DNA of 64,000 nucleotides from Spirochaetota bacterium (GTDB taxonomy: Bacteria > Spirochaetota > Spirochaetia > CADAEX01), in assembly GCA_009786125.1 (NCBI GenBank), contig WQTU01000137.1, positions 1,387 through 65,386 on the forward strand. Reading direction: 5' to 3'. The translations under genes and the position numbers were made by a program. This document shows, one piece after another, positions 17,156 through 27,102 of the stretch. The notes below the pieces were generated by a model. That model made no database searches. It was not told the DNA's origin and was given only the letters and a program-made list of their open reading frames with translations. Positions within the stretch are counted from its first letter, which is position 1, and the number at the start of each line of letters is the position of its first letter.

Positions 17156-17272
17156 CGCCTGCGGCGGTTTTCCGCGGCAAGCCGCGGGGTATTAAACCCT
17201 TTTTGTTCCTCATCGCTCGGTCATGCGAAAGCAAGCTTTCGCGCGACTCTCGCTTCTTCGTCCAATAAAATC
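17131..17272. repeat. GC-rich multi-hairpin dispersed repeat, copy C
   Basis: Three consecutive hairpins with G/CAAG loops (gcagggcAAgccctgc, ccgcggCAAGccgcgg, gcgaaagcAAgctttcgc). Then 'ctcggtcatgcgaaagcaagctttcgcgcgactctcg', about 80% identical to copy B. Confidence 0.65.
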
Positions 17273-17358
17273 AATTCATTTTCTCTACCATACTTAAATT
17301 TTGTTAAGTACAAATATTCTGAAAGTCTGTTTTTTTTTATCAGTATAAAAAAATAAAG

Positions 17359-17387
17359 TTGTACTTCTAAATTTATTGCTATATTAT
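17359..17387 (+). promoter_or_regulatory. candidate mraZ/dcw sigma70 promoter, TTGTAC-N17-TATTAT
   Basis: TTGTAC at 17359-17364, a 17-nt spacer, TATTAT at 17382-17387. Confidence 0.45.
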
Positions 17388-17390
17388 AGA

Positions 17391-17430
17391 AAAGTGGTAA
17401 AAAGTGGCAAAAAATAGGTAATAGTGGTGT
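17391..17430 (+). promoter_or_regulatory. MraZ-box operator array (four 10-bp-periodic direct repeats)
   Basis: AAAGTGGTAA / AAAGTGGCAA / AAAATAGGTA / ATAGTGGTGT immediately downstream of the -10 and overlapping the mraZ start. Matches the AAAGTG[G/T]-type MraZ box described in Mollicutes/Firmicutes. Confidence 0.55.
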
Positions 17431-17867
17431 TAAGCGGAGAATTTGTCAATAATATAGACGAAAAAGGTCGAATAATGATACCCGTGAAGCTAAGAGCAGC
17501 TATTGAGGGCGACACGCTCATGTTGGCCAAAGGTGTTGACAAGTGTTTGTGGCTCTTTCCTGTAGAGGAGTGGAAGAGGGTATCGCAGGCGATTATGTCT
17601 GCTACTTCGATTTTTGATCCGCATGCAAGGATGATTCAGCGAAGAATTATTGCGTCTGCCCATGAGGTCGAGATTGACAAGGCAGGAAGAATAATCATTG
17701 CGCCCGCATTAAGGACTTTTGCCGAGTTTAAGAAAGAGTGTGTAATTTTAGGGATAAATAATCATTTGGAGATATGGGATCATCAGGTCTATGGGGAATA
17801 CTGGGAGCAAAACGAGAAGGGCTTTCAAGATGCAGCAAAGGAGCTAGGGAAAATTGTCTCTGTGTAA
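17424..17867 (+). CDS. mraZ: transcriptional regulator MraZ
   Basis: (M)VLSGEF...GRIMIPVKLR...ALRT.. duplicated MraZ/SpoVT-AbrB-like halves. GTG start (17424 or 17427). Confidence 0.85.
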   Translation: MVLSGEFVNNIDEKGRIMIPVKLRAAIEGDTLMLAKGVDKCLWLFPVEEWKRVSQAIMSATSIFDPHARMIQRRIIASAHEVEIDKAGRIIIAPALRTFAEFKKECVILGINNHLEIWDHQVYGEYWEQNEKGFQDAAKELGKIVSV

Positions 17868-17898
17868 AGAATTGACGGAAATAGCTCACTATTCTGTG

Positions 17899-18816
17899 AT
17901 GAAAAAGGAAGTCGACTCGTTTTTAAAGCCCGATAAACCTGGTCAAATATTTTTAGATGCTACTACGGGGGAGGGCGGGCATTCTGAATGGTTTTTAAAA
18001 AACTATCCTGATCTTGGCGTTGTTTGTCTTGATGCTGATGAAGATATCATGTGTGTTGCGAAGAAAAGGCTTGAGTTGTATGGTGAGAGGGTAGTTTTTT
18101 TTAATGAATGGTTTAACATTTTTTTGAAAAATTATCCGTCAAATCTTGAGAGACCGGACAGGATTCTTTTTGATCTTGGGGTATCTATGTTTCATTATGA
18201 AAGGGCTGATAGGGGTTTTTCGTTCAGAAGCAATGAAAAGCTTGATATGAGGCTTGATGAAACTCTTGAGATTTCGGCTGCGGATATTGTAAACAGTTAT
18301 CCGCAGAAGGAGCTTGCAAACATAATTTTTGAATATGGCGAGGAAAGGTATTCGAGATCGATTGCCGAAGCGATTGTAAAGATCAGAAAAAAAAAACTAA
18401 TTGAAGCAAGCGATGAGCTTGCGGAGGTTATATGGAATGCTGTGCCTGTTTCCTACAGGCATGGCAGGATACATCCTGCGACGAGAACATTCCAGGCTTT
18501 GCGTATTGCTGTTAATGGGGAGCTTGCAAGGCTTAGGGAAGCTCTTGGGGCTGCTGTTTCTGTGTTAAAGCTGGGCGGAAAAATAGGAGTAATAACTTTT
18601 CATTCTTTGGAAGACAGGATTGTAAAGCAATATTTTAGGGATTTGGCAAGAGAGTGTATATGTGCTGCAAATACGCCGATATGTATTTGTAGAGGCATTA
18701 AGGTTGCAGAAATTCTTACACGGAAGCCTGCTGTTCCTTCAGGTGAAGAAATCGAGGAAAACCATGCTTCGAGAAGCTCTAAGCTGCGTGTAATACAAAA
18801 GGTGAATGAGTTATGA
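17899..18816 (+). CDS. rsmH: 16S rRNA (cytosine1402-N4)-methyltransferase RsmH
   Basis: HYSVMKKEV...DATTGEGGHSEWFL; FHSLEDRIVK. Start set at the internal Met (the ORF-track start 17854 overlaps mraZ). Confidence 0.85.
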   Translation: MKKEVDSFLKPDKPGQIFLDATTGEGGHSEWFLKNYPDLGVVCLDADEDIMCVAKKRLELYGERVVFFNEWFNIFLKNYPSNLERPDRILFDLGVSMFHYERADRGFSFRSNEKLDMRLDETLEISAADIVNSYPQKELANIIFEYGEERYSRSIAEAIVKIRKKKLIEASDELAEVIWNAVPVSYRHGRIHPATRTFQALRIAVNGELARLREALGAAVSVLKLGGKIGVITFHSLEDRIVKQYFRDLARECICAANTPICICRGIKVAEILTRKPAVPSGEEIEENHASRSSKLRVIQKVNEL

Positions 18817-19103
18817 GTGATATGAAAAAAATTATAATTACTGTATTTGCTATGACTGTTCCTGTTTTGCTCTTTCTGAATACATGGCAGGGATTTAAAT
18901 ATGAGAGAATAGGTGTTGAAATTAGAAGTCTTGAACATGAACAAAAAGAGTGGTTTGAAGAAAACAAGCAGATGCTTGCTGCGATATCTGTTTTTAGCTC
19001 TCCTTCGAGAGTAAGGCAAATAATAGAAGAAAACTCGGATTTAAGAATAAAAAGACCGGGGCAGGCTATAATTATAAGATTTTCTGCAGAGGAAGGGCGT
19101 TGA
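18813..19103 (+). CDS. FtsL-like small bitopic cell-division protein
   Basis: 96 aa, a single N-terminal TM followed by coiled-coil. Canonical position after rsmH. ATGA overlaps on both sides. Confidence 0.55.
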   Translation: MSDMKKIIITVFAMTVPVLLFLNTWQGFKYERIGVEIRSLEHEQKEWFEENKQMLAAISVFSSPSRVRQIIEENSDLRIKRPGQAIIIRFSAEEGR

Positions 19104-20524
19104 TGCAACCTGATGATCATACTCTTATGACAGTTAAAGAAGCTGCCTCCATGATGTCCGGGACTCTGCTGCTGGAGAGCGCGGCTGCAGGAAAAAATAT
19201 ATTGTCGGTTGTCATTGACTCGCGGAAAGTTAAAGCAGGTGCGCTCTTTTTTGCTTTAAAAGGGGAAAATGCAGATGGCCACAGCTTTATTAAAAAAGCG
19301 GTTTCGGCTGGCGCTGTTTGTTGTGTTGCGGAAAAGGGTCATAGTGCGGTGATTGGTTTTACCCGAGGGGCAGATGATCCGGGTTTTTCTGTGATTACTG
19401 TGGATGATACGCTTAAGGCTCTTCAAGCTCTTGCAAAGAATTACAGAAGTAAATTTAAAAATATATCTATTATAGGAATTACGGGGAGTAATGGCAAAAC
19501 TACGACTAAAGAGTTGCTTGCTGCAATTTTTGAGCAAGATGCTCCGACTGTAATGAATGAAGGTAATTTGAATTCCGAAACAGGGCTCCCTCTTGCGTTA
19601 TTTGGCATAAGGGAGATTCATAAGTACGGAGTTTTTGAAATGGGGATTAACCACCCCGGGGAAATGGCTGTTCTTGCAGATGTGGCAATGCCGGACTATG
19701 CGATTCTTACAAATATTGGCACAGCTCATATAGGGAATATGGGCTCAAGGGAAAGAATCGCAGAGGAAAAGATGAAAATTTTTGGCGCGCCCGAGAAGCT
19801 TAAAAAAGGAATTGTGCACGAAAAAGATGATTTTGCAAAAATGATGAAAGATAAGTACGGCGATAAAATGGATTATTTTGGACTTGACAGCCAAAGCGAC
19901 TATCTTTCTTATGAAGATAGCGGGCTTGCAGGAAATATTGTTTTTCTTGGTAAGGAAAAGATTGCTTTTTCCTTGATTGGTAGACATAATCTCCTAAATG
20001 CTGCAGCTGCAATAAAAATGGCGAAAATTTTTAATGTTTCGGACTCGAAAATCAAGGAAGGTATTGAAAAAGTAACGTCATTTTTCGGGCGCGGAGAAAT
20101 ATTTTCGGGAAATATTACTGTTGTTTTTGATGCGTATAACTCGAGCAAGGAAGCTGTAAAAACAATGGTTGATTTTGCAGACAAGCTCTCGTGGAATGGC
20201 AGAAAGATTATATTGCTTGGCTCTGTTTTTGAAACAGGGGATAAGTCCGAAGAGATTCATGGTTTTATAACGAATTATACGATTAAAAATTTTTGCGGTG
20301 CTGTTTTCTTTTTTGGAAAAGAGTTTGAGGCTGGTTTTAGGAATATGGAGAAATCGGAAAAATTTGTTTTTTGGTCTGCTGATTTTGAAGAGATGAAAAA
20401 TGCGCTTTTGACTTACCTGAAAGAGGGTGATCTTATTGTGCTTAAAGGTTCAAGGGGTATGGCTCTTGAGAGGTTTTTGGAAGTCATTCGCCGGCGAAGT
20501 GAGGGTTGCGGACAGCCCAGATGA
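19100..20524 (+). CDS. murF: UDP-N-acetylmuramoyl-tripeptide--D-alanyl-D-alanine ligase
   Basis: Mur ligase ATP motif ITGSNGKTTTKELL; MurF N-terminal region (VIDSRKVKAGALFFALKGENADGH). Confidence 0.85.
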   Translation: MMQPDDHTLMTVKEAASMMSGTLLLESAAAGKNILSVVIDSRKVKAGALFFALKGENADGHSFIKKAVSAGAVCCVAEKGHSAVIGFTRGADDPGFSVITVDDTLKALQALAKNYRSKFKNISIIGITGSNGKTTTKELLAAIFEQDAPTVMNEGNLNSETGLPLALFGIREIHKYGVFEMGINHPGEMAVLADVAMPDYAILTNIGTAHIGNMGSRERIAEEKMKIFGAPEKLKKGIVHEKDDFAKMMKDKYGDKMDYFGLDSQSDYLSYEDSGLAGNIVFLGKEKIAFSLIGRHNLLNAAAAIKMAKIFNVSDSKIKEGIEKVTSFFGRGEIFSGNITVVFDAYNSSKEAVKTMVDFADKLSWNGRKIILLGSVFETGDKSEEIHGFITNYTIKNFCGAVFFFGKEFEAGFRNMEKSEKFVFWSADFEEMKNALLTYLKEGDLIVLKGSRGMALERFLEVIRRRSEGCGQPR

Positions 20525-20609
20525 AAATCGGGGTTGCCACATGACCGTAGATGGACAAAAGGTTAGCAAAGCGCGAGCCTTTTGAATAAAATAATAGGAT
20601 GGTAGCAAG

Positions 20610-21689
20610 TTGTTAAAAGAAATATTTTTGCCGCTTGTAAGTTATTTCTCTTTTTTTAATATATTCCAATATATAACTTTTAGGGCAGCATATGCTGCTG
20701 TTACAGCTTTACTGTTCTCTCTTTTGCTAGGACCAATAGTAATTGAGTGGCTAAGAAAGCAGAAGCTTGGGCAGGAAATCAGGGACGAGATCTCAACTAT
20801 GCATAAGGCTAAGTCGGGAACGCCTACAATGGGGGGAATTTTAATAATTCTGGCGATTGTAGTTTCTGTACTGCTTTGGCAGGATCTTAGAAGTATTTAC
20901 ACATGGATTTGTATTGTCGCGCTCCTGGGGTTTGGCGCAATAGGATTTGTGGATGACTATCTTAAAATATACAAAAGAAACGCAGCAGGGCTTAGGGCAA
21001 AATTTAAATTTATTGCTCAAATCTTGCTTTCTCTTGCTATTGTGCTTTTTATTTTTCATAATCGCAATCCTGAGACAACTCTTTTATATATACCTTTTTT
21101 CAAATATGCTATTTTGGATTTATCATATTTGTACATACCGTTTGGTGTACTTGTTCTTGTTGGAGCTTCAAATGCTGTGAATCTCACAGACGGGCTTGAT
21201 GGTCTCGCAACTGGTCTTGTTGTTCTTGTAGGTATGGCACTTGGAGTATTGACATATGTTTCCGGGAGGGTGGATTTTGCTCACTACCTTCTAATTCCTT
21301 TTATTCCTGGAAGCGGGGAGCTTACAATTCTTGCTTGTGCGCTGGTAGGCGCTGTTGTAGGGTTTCTCTGGTTTAATTGCCACCCTGCGGAGGTTATGAT
21401 GGGAGATACAGGCAGTTTGGCGTTAGGCGGAATTATCGGCGTAATGGCGCTTTTAATAAAAAAAGAAATCCTTTTAATAATAATTGGCGGTGTTTTTGTA
21501 CTTGAGGCTCTTTCGGTTATTATACAGGTGGTTTCATATAAACTTAGAAAAAAGCGGGTTTTTAAGATGGCGCCGCTGCATCATCATTATGAGTTAAGCG
21601 GATGGAGCGAAAACAAGGTTGTTACGCGCTTTTGGATACTTGGCGGGCTTTTTGTTATTTTGAGCTTGTCTACATTGAAGATACAATAG
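20610..21689 (+). CDS. mraY: phospho-N-acetylmuramoyl-pentapeptide transferase
   Basis: Polytopic membrane protein. NAVNLTDGLDGLA and MGDTGSLALGG motifs. TTG start. Confidence 0.9.
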   Translation: MLKEIFLPLVSYFSFFNIFQYITFRAAYAAVTALLFSLLLGPIVIEWLRKQKLGQEIRDEISTMHKAKSGTPTMGGILIILAIVVSVLLWQDLRSIYTWICIVALLGFGAIGFVDDYLKIYKRNAAGLRAKFKFIAQILLSLAIVLFIFHNRNPETTLLYIPFFKYAILDLSYLYIPFGVLVLVGASNAVNLTDGLDGLATGLVVLVGMALGVLTYVSGRVDFAHYLLIPFIPGSGELTILACALVGAVVGFLWFNCHPAEVMMGDTGSLALGGIIGVMALLIKKEILLIIIGGVFVLEALSVIIQVVSYKLRKKRVFKMAPLHHHYELSGWSENKVVTRFWILGGLFVILSLSTLKIQ

Positions 21690-21697
21690 GGAGCAAG

Positions 21698-22837
21698 ATG
21701 GCGGGTAATTTTATTATTGAAAAAGATAACAGGCAGTCCTGCGATTTTTTTCTTATATTAATAATCATACTCTTGTTGGGAATAGGGCTTTCTTTCCTTT
21801 TTTCAGCTTCGTATGCTAATGCAATAAGGCTAAACAGACCCCCGGAGTTTTTTTTGCTAAGGCAGCTGCCGCTGGTTGTTTTGGGAATTTTGGGAGCTTT
21901 GCTAATTATGAATCTGCCTGTTGAAACAATTAAAAGGTTTGTTTTTATTTTGCTGCTTGTTTCTTTAGTGCTTTCTGTTTTTGTTCTTATAACCGGGCAG
22001 AATATCCAGGGAGCAAGAAGGTGGATACCGCTTGGGATGCTGAACAGAACTTTTCAGCCTTCGGAAATAGCAAAGCTTGCTCTTATTTTATATCTGGCGG
22101 ATTTTTTAAGTAAAAAAGAAGAAAAACTTAATAACCTCTATACATTGTCCCACCCGGTTGTAATAATTCTTCTTTTTGTTCTTCTTACTTTCGCGCAAAA
22201 CGATTTTTCAACTGCAATATTTTTGATTTTTGTCAGCGCAACAATATTTTTTATTGCAGGAATAAAATATAGATATTTTTTGTCCGCTATTATTGCGGTT
22301 ATTCCTTTTTTGATACTTCTTTTGTTTAACAGAGAACATCGCGTGAGAAGACTAGTTGCTTTTATTAATCCGGAAAGCGACCCTCTGGGAGTTGGGTATC
22401 AAATACTGCAGGCGCGGGAGGCGTTAATAAGCGGAGGATTCTGGGGCATGGGAATAGGAAGCGGAGTTAGAAAACTGGGAGCTCTTCCTGAAGCTCACTC
22501 TGATTTTATTTTTGCAGTAGTAGGGGAAGAGGTTGGCTTTATAGGTATTTTTTTGATTATTATTCTTTTTACTCTTTTTGCAGTACGAGGGTATCTTATT
22601 GCATTTCGCTGCACGGACAAATTTAGTTTTTATGCAGCATTTGGAATAACAACTTCGATTTTTTATCAGTCTATTATGAATATGGCTGTTGTTGCCGGTG
22701 CAATTCCTTCGACCGGAGTTCCGCTTCCGTTTTTTTCTCATGGAGGGTCTTCTATTTTTATTACCTTGCTTATGTGCGGTATGCTTCTTAATTTTTCCAA
22801 ACATTTAAAAACAGAAAAGGTATACAGGCATGAGTAG
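21698..22837 (+). CDS. ftsW: SEDS-family cell division protein FtsW
   Basis: 10-TM SEDS protein; HSDFIFAVVGEE.G; PLPFFSHGGSS. Start at ATG 21698 after RBS gggag (the ORF-track start 21602 overlaps mraY). Confidence 0.85.
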   Translation: MAGNFIIEKDNRQSCDFFLILIIILLLGIGLSFLFSASYANAIRLNRPPEFFLLRQLPLVVLGILGALLIMNLPVETIKRFVFILLLVSLVLSVFVLITGQNIQGARRWIPLGMLNRTFQPSEIAKLALILYLADFLSKKEEKLNNLYTLSHPVVIILLFVLLTFAQNDFSTAIFLIFVSATIFFIAGIKYRYFLSAIIAVIPFLILLLFNREHRVRRLVAFINPESDPLGVGYQILQAREALISGGFWGMGIGSGVRKLGALPEAHSDFIFAVVGEEVGFIGIFLIIILFTLFAVRGYLIAFRCTDKFSFYAAFGITTSIFYQSIMNMAVVAGAIPSTGVPLPFFSHGGSSIFITLLMCGMLLNFSKHLKTEKVYRHE

Positions 22838-23666
22838 CACATTTATCAGAACCGGGTTAGCATATAATTTTATGGATACAAAAAAAGAAAAAAGTCTAGC
22901 GCCGAAAAAAAAGCTTATACTTTTTGCCCTCTCTATAGTTTTTATTCTATTTTTGATAGCAAAAATAGCTTTTCAGCTTTTTATTGCTCCTGAGCTTTTA
23001 ATTAGAAAGATAGAAATACACTGTTCGAGCACTTTCCCGCTTAGTAATAATGATATTCTTAGATTAGCGGAACTTGAAGGAAGACTTTATTATTTTTCAA
23101 TAAATCCGGCGCTGATAGAGAAAAGGCTTCTCGCGCACCCGCTAATAAAAACAGCAGAAGTAAGAAGAGTATTTCCTGCTTCGCTTTATATTAAAGTTAC
23201 GGAGAGAGTTCCGTTGGGCATGGCTCTTGTTAACACAGAGGGAAGGACAATTCCGGTTGTTTTTGATGAAGAAGGTGTAATTTTTGAAATAGGGAGATCT
23301 GTTTCAGACTATAGGCTTCCTGTAATATCGGGTTTGAAATTTACAGAATTAAGGCTTGGGTTAAGGCTGCCTCAGGAGCTTATTCCATATCTTGCAGAGC
23401 TGAAAAGATTAAGAGAAACAACGCCGGCTCTTTTTGATCAAATATCAGAAATAAAATTTGTAAAAAAGAATAATTTAAGTTATGAAGTGTTATTATATCC
23501 TTTAAATACCAGAGTGAGAGTAAGAACAGAGAATACAATTAATGAAGCTCTCCTAAAACAGATATTTGTTGTACTTGATATAATAGAAAAAAATGGACTG
23601 GGGTCGAAAATGGATGAACTTGATTTTCGCTCTGGACAAGTGGTTTTTAGGGTTAAGGAGGGGTAA
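22830..23666 (+). CDS. ftsQ: cell division protein FtsQ/DivIB (POTRA)
   Basis: N-terminal TM. POTRA-like segment IRKIEI....LSNNDILRLAELEG. Position between ftsW and ftsA. Confidence 0.72.
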   Translation: MSSTFIRTGLAYNFMDTKKEKSLAPKKKLILFALSIVFILFLIAKIAFQLFIAPELLIRKIEIHCSSTFPLSNNDILRLAELEGRLYYFSINPALIEKRLLAHPLIKTAEVRRVFPASLYIKVTERVPLGMALVNTEGRTIPVVFDEEGVIFEIGRSVSDYRLPVISGLKFTELRLGLRLPQELIPYLAELKRLRETTPALFDQISEIKFVKKNNLSYEVLLYPLNTRVRVRTENTINEALLKQIFVVLDIIEKNGLGSKMDELDFRSGQVVFRVKEG

Positions 23667-23670
23667 CGGG

Positions 23671-24897
23671 TTGCCTGCTGATAATTTATTGGTTGGACTT
23701 GATATTGGGACATCAAAAATTTGCGCCGTAATTGGCGAGTATGATGAGAATGACAAACTTGAAATTACGGGAATTGGCAAAGCTCCTTCGACAGGGTTAA
23801 GACAGGGAGTGGTAATCAATATCGAAGCTACAATGAAAGCTGTTACCGAAGCTATTGAAGCTGCTGAGATGATGTCGGGACGCGAAGTTTTTTCTGTGGT
23901 TACAGGAATTGCAGGCGGTCATGTAGAGGGAATTAATTCGCGCGGTGTTGTTGCAGTTGCAGGCAAAGGAAGGGAAATTGCGCCAGAAGATATATCTCGT
24001 GTTATTGATGCAGCCAAAGCTATTGTAATACCAATGGACAGAGAGGTGCTCCATGTTATTCCGCAGGAATTTATAGTTGATGACCAAGGAGGAATAAGAG
24101 ACCCTCTTGGGATGATTGGGATAAGGCTTGAGTCAGAAGTGCATATAATAACCGGATCTGTTACTTCTGCGCAAAATCTTATAAAATGCGTGAATCGTGC
24201 CGGATTTAGGGTTGATAACGTAATTTTGCAGGCGCTTGCTTCTTCGAAGGCTGTTTTGCGTCCCGAAGAAAAAGATATGGGAGTGCTTATGATAGATATA
24301 GGCGGCGGCACAACAGATGTTATAGTTAATTATGAGAGTGCCCCATATCATACAGATGTTGTGCCTATAGGCGGAAAACAAATAACAAATGATCTTTCCA
24401 TTGTTTTGAAAATACCGTTTGATATTGCAGAAAAGATAAAGCTGGAATCAGGCTGCTGTTATGAGCCTCTTGTCGAAGAAGAAGATATAGTTATTCCAAG
24501 TGTCGGCGGTTGGCCTGCTACATATATATCAAGAAAAAAAATATGCGAAATTATTCAGCCAAGGGTTGCGGAAATATTTTTAATGGTAAAGAAACATCTT
24601 GAGAGAAAAAATTATTTAAAACTGCTAAACAGCGGGATTGTTATTACAGGAGGCGGCTCTCTTATGCCAGGGGTTGCGCAACTTGCAGGTGAAATATTTA
24701 ATCTTCCTGTAAGAATAGGGTATCCGGCAGGCTGCGGCGGTCTTGTTGAAGAATATAGAAATCCAATGTATTCAACAGCAGTTGGTCTTGTAATGTTTAC
24801 AGATGAAATGAGAGAGAAATTTGACAAGAAAGTTACATTGTCAAATGAGATAAACTTTTTTGGGAGATTTAAAAACTGGGTAAAAGAGTTTTTTTAA
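23671..24897 (+). CDS. ftsA: cell division protein FtsA
   Basis: Actin-fold motifs LVGLDIGTSKICAVIGE, DIGGGTTD. TTG start at 23671 after RBS aaggagggg (the ORF-track ATG 23593 lies inside ftsQ). Confidence 0.85.
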   Translation: MPADNLLVGLDIGTSKICAVIGEYDENDKLEITGIGKAPSTGLRQGVVINIEATMKAVTEAIEAAEMMSGREVFSVVTGIAGGHVEGINSRGVVAVAGKGREIAPEDISRVIDAAKAIVIPMDREVLHVIPQEFIVDDQGGIRDPLGMIGIRLESEVHIITGSVTSAQNLIKCVNRAGFRVDNVILQALASSKAVLRPEEKDMGVLMIDIGGGTTDVIVNYESAPYHTDVVPIGGKQITNDLSIVLKIPFDIAEKIKLESGCCYEPLVEEEDIVIPSVGGWPATYISRKKICEIIQPRVAEIFLMVKKHLERKNYLKLLNSGIVITGGGSLMPGVAQLAGEIFNLPVRIGYPAGCGGLVEEYRNPMYSTAVGLVMFTDEMREKFDKKVTLSNEINFFGRFKNWVKEFF

Positions 24898-24930
24898 ATA
24901 GATAAATAGTATTTCACTGGGAGGGGGAAT

Positions 24931-26121
24931 ATGGAAATAAGAGTGCTTGAAGAAAGGAGTTTTGCAAATCCTACTGTAATTAAGGTTGTGGGAGTAGGCG
25001 GCGGCGGCAATAATGCTGTAAACAGGATGATTGAGGGTGGTTTAAGCAACGTTGAATTTATTGCTGTCAATACAGATGTTCAGGATCTTAACAAGAGCAA
25101 GGCAAAAACTAAAATACCTATTGGTAACAAGCTTACAAGTGGTCTTGGAGCAGGCGGGATTCCCGAAGTAGGAGAAAAAGCTGCTATTGAGGATAAGGAA
25201 ACATTAAAGAATATTCTCAAAGGCGCTAATATGGTTTTTATCGCAGCCGGGATGGGAGGCGGTACTGGAACAGGTGCAGCTCCTGTAATTGCAGCAATTG
25301 CAAAAGATCTTTCTATTTTAACAGTAGCAGTCGTTACCAAACCTTTTGCTCTTGAAGGAGAGCGCAAAAAAAGAGTTGCAGAAGAAGGAATAAAAAAACT
25401 CAGGCAATCTGTTGATACCTTAATAACAATTCCAAACGAAAATCTCATGAACATTATGGACAGACGCACTCCGTTTAAAGAAGCGTTTCTATTTGCTGAT
25501 GATGTCTTAAAGCAGGGTGTTCAGGGAATTTCCGATCTTATTACGCAAGAAGGAGATATGAACATTGACTTTGCAGATGTAAAGACAATTATGAGCGGAC
25601 AGGGCGATGCTATGATGGGCATTGGCATAGGCCGAGGTGAAAACAGAGCCATAGATGCTGCAACAACTGCCATCAATAACCCAATGCTTAATGATGTAAA
25701 TTTTGAAGGCGCAAAAGGAATTCTTGTAAATGTTACAGGCGGAGCAGATTTCACGCTTTCGGAATTCCGCGAAATACTTCAAATCATAACTTCAACGGCG
25801 GATCAGGATGTTAATACAATTACAGGCATAATTAATGATGAGACGCTGAAAGATGAAATAAAAGTAACGGTGGTTGCAACTGGCTTTGCTCCCCAGGATG
25901 AGAACGCTTGCGGACAAAAAAAGAAAGAGGATATTCCTGTGCAGCCGAACAGTAAAAATGAGTTTGTTTCCAACAGCGAATGGGGTCAAATGAGAAAAGG
26001 TTTATATGCAAGAAGAGATGATCTTTTTCTTAGCGGAAGAAACTCTGTTTCATCTGATCTTGAGATTCCTGCAGTTCTTCGCGCGCGTGAAAGTGAATTC
26101 GTAAAACAGGGAGAAAAATAA
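24931..26121 (+). CDS. ftsZ: cell division GTPase FtsZ
   Basis: [13 protein letters not shown]; tubulin signature [13 protein letters not shown]. Confidence 0.93.
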   Translation: MEIRVLEERSFANPTVIKVVGVGGGGNNAVNRMIEGGLSNVEFIAVNTDVQDLNKSKAKTKIPIGNKLTSGLGAGGIPEVGEKAAIEDKETLKNILKGANMVFIAAGMGGGTGTGAAPVIAAIAKDLSILTVAVVTKPFALEGERKKRVAEEGIKKLRQSVDTLITIPNENLMNIMDRRTPFKEAFLFADDVLKQGVQGISDLITQEGDMNIDFADVKTIMSGQGDAMMGIGIGRGENRAIDAATTAINNPMLNDVNFEGAKGILVNVTGGADFTLSEFREILQIITSTADQDVNTITGIINDETLKDEIKVTVVATGFAPQDENACGQKKKEDIPVQPNSKNEFVSNSEWGQMRKGLYARRDDLFLSGRNSVSSDLEIPAVLRARESEFVKQGEK

Positions 26122-27102
26122 TTGATTGCAGCAGCAGAAGAGAAAAGCTTATTAAAAAAGTATGAACAATACCTCAGGGCAGAATTAAATTTGTCTCTTT
26201 CGACAGTAAAATTTTATATTGATGAGGCTCGTCTCTTTACTGAATATCTGGCGCGGAAAAATAAAAAATATATTTTGGTTGAAGTATCGGATATTGAAGA
26301 ATATATTGTTTTAAGAAAAAACCGGACAATTACACTATCTGATAATGAAGGATGCGAGGCAGAAGAAGCCAAAGAAGAAACCAGTGTTGATTTAAAGCCG
26401 GCTACTATCAGCAAGGTTGCATCAGGAATAAGGTCTTTTTTTAAATTCCTGCAGCTTGAAAATCTGAGAGACGACAACCCCTCCAGATTTATCAAAATGT
26501 CGCGCAGGAGCAAAAGACTTCCGGATTACCTTTCTGTAGAAGATATTGATACATTGCTTGATAATATTGATGTTTCAACTCACTCAGGGCTTAGGGATAG
26601 AGCGCTTTTTGAGTTAATTTATTCCTGCGGACTTAGGATATCTGAAGCCTGTTCGTTAAAATGCAGCAATATTTTTACTAACGATAGTGTTATCAAAGTT
26701 ATTGGAAAGGGAAACAAGCACAGAATAGTTCCTGGAGGCGATGCTGCTGAATATTGGCTTAAAAGATATATTAAAGAAGCAAGGCCTTTTTTGCTTAAAA
26801 ACAAAAAAACCGATTCTGTTTTTTTAAACATCAAAGGAGAACCTATTAGCAGAAAAGGCGTATGGAAAAGATTTAAAGAGATAACTATGGCTTGCGGCAT
26901 AGAAAGCCGTGTGCACACTTTAAGACACTCTTTTGCAACACATCTCTTAACAGGAGGAGCAGATTTACGTTCTGTGCAGGAAATGCTTGGTCATACAGAT
27001 ATTTCAACAACCCAGATATATACTCATCTTGTAAGAAATGACCTTGAAGAATGTCATAACCAATATCATCCTGAGGGAAAAAAAGCAGGGGGAAAATTGT
27101 GA
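26122..27102 (+). CDS. xerD: tyrosine site-specific recombinase XerD-like
   Basis: C-terminal catalytic [39 protein letters not shown] start directly after the ftsZ stop. Confidence 0.8.
   Translation: MIAAAEEKSLLKKYEQYLRAELNLSLSTVKFYIDEARLFTEYLARKNKKYILVEVSDIEEYIVLRKNRTITLSDNEGCEAEEAKEETSVDLKPATISKVASGIRSFFKFLQLENLRDDNPSRFIKMSRRSKRLPDYLSVEDIDTLLDNIDVSTHSGLRDRALFELIYSCGLRISEACSLKCSNIFTNDSVIKVIGKGNKHRIVPGGDAAEYWLKRYIKEARPFLLKNKKTDSVFLNIKGEPISRKGVWKRFKEITMACGIESRVHTLRHSFATHLLTGGADLRSVQEMLGHTDISTTQIYTHLVRNDLEECHNQYHPEGKKAGGKL

Noticed and set aside
17030-17356. 108-aa plus-strand ORF
   Set aside because: Made almost entirely of GC-rich repeat copy C plus the mraZ promoter region. It would occlude the mraZ promoter. 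Judged spurious.
20520-20600. Direct repeat cggggttgcggacagccc / cggggttgccacatgacc after murF
   Set aside because: The first copy is the coding 3' end of murF. Similarity to the GC-rich repeat family is weak. Not called.
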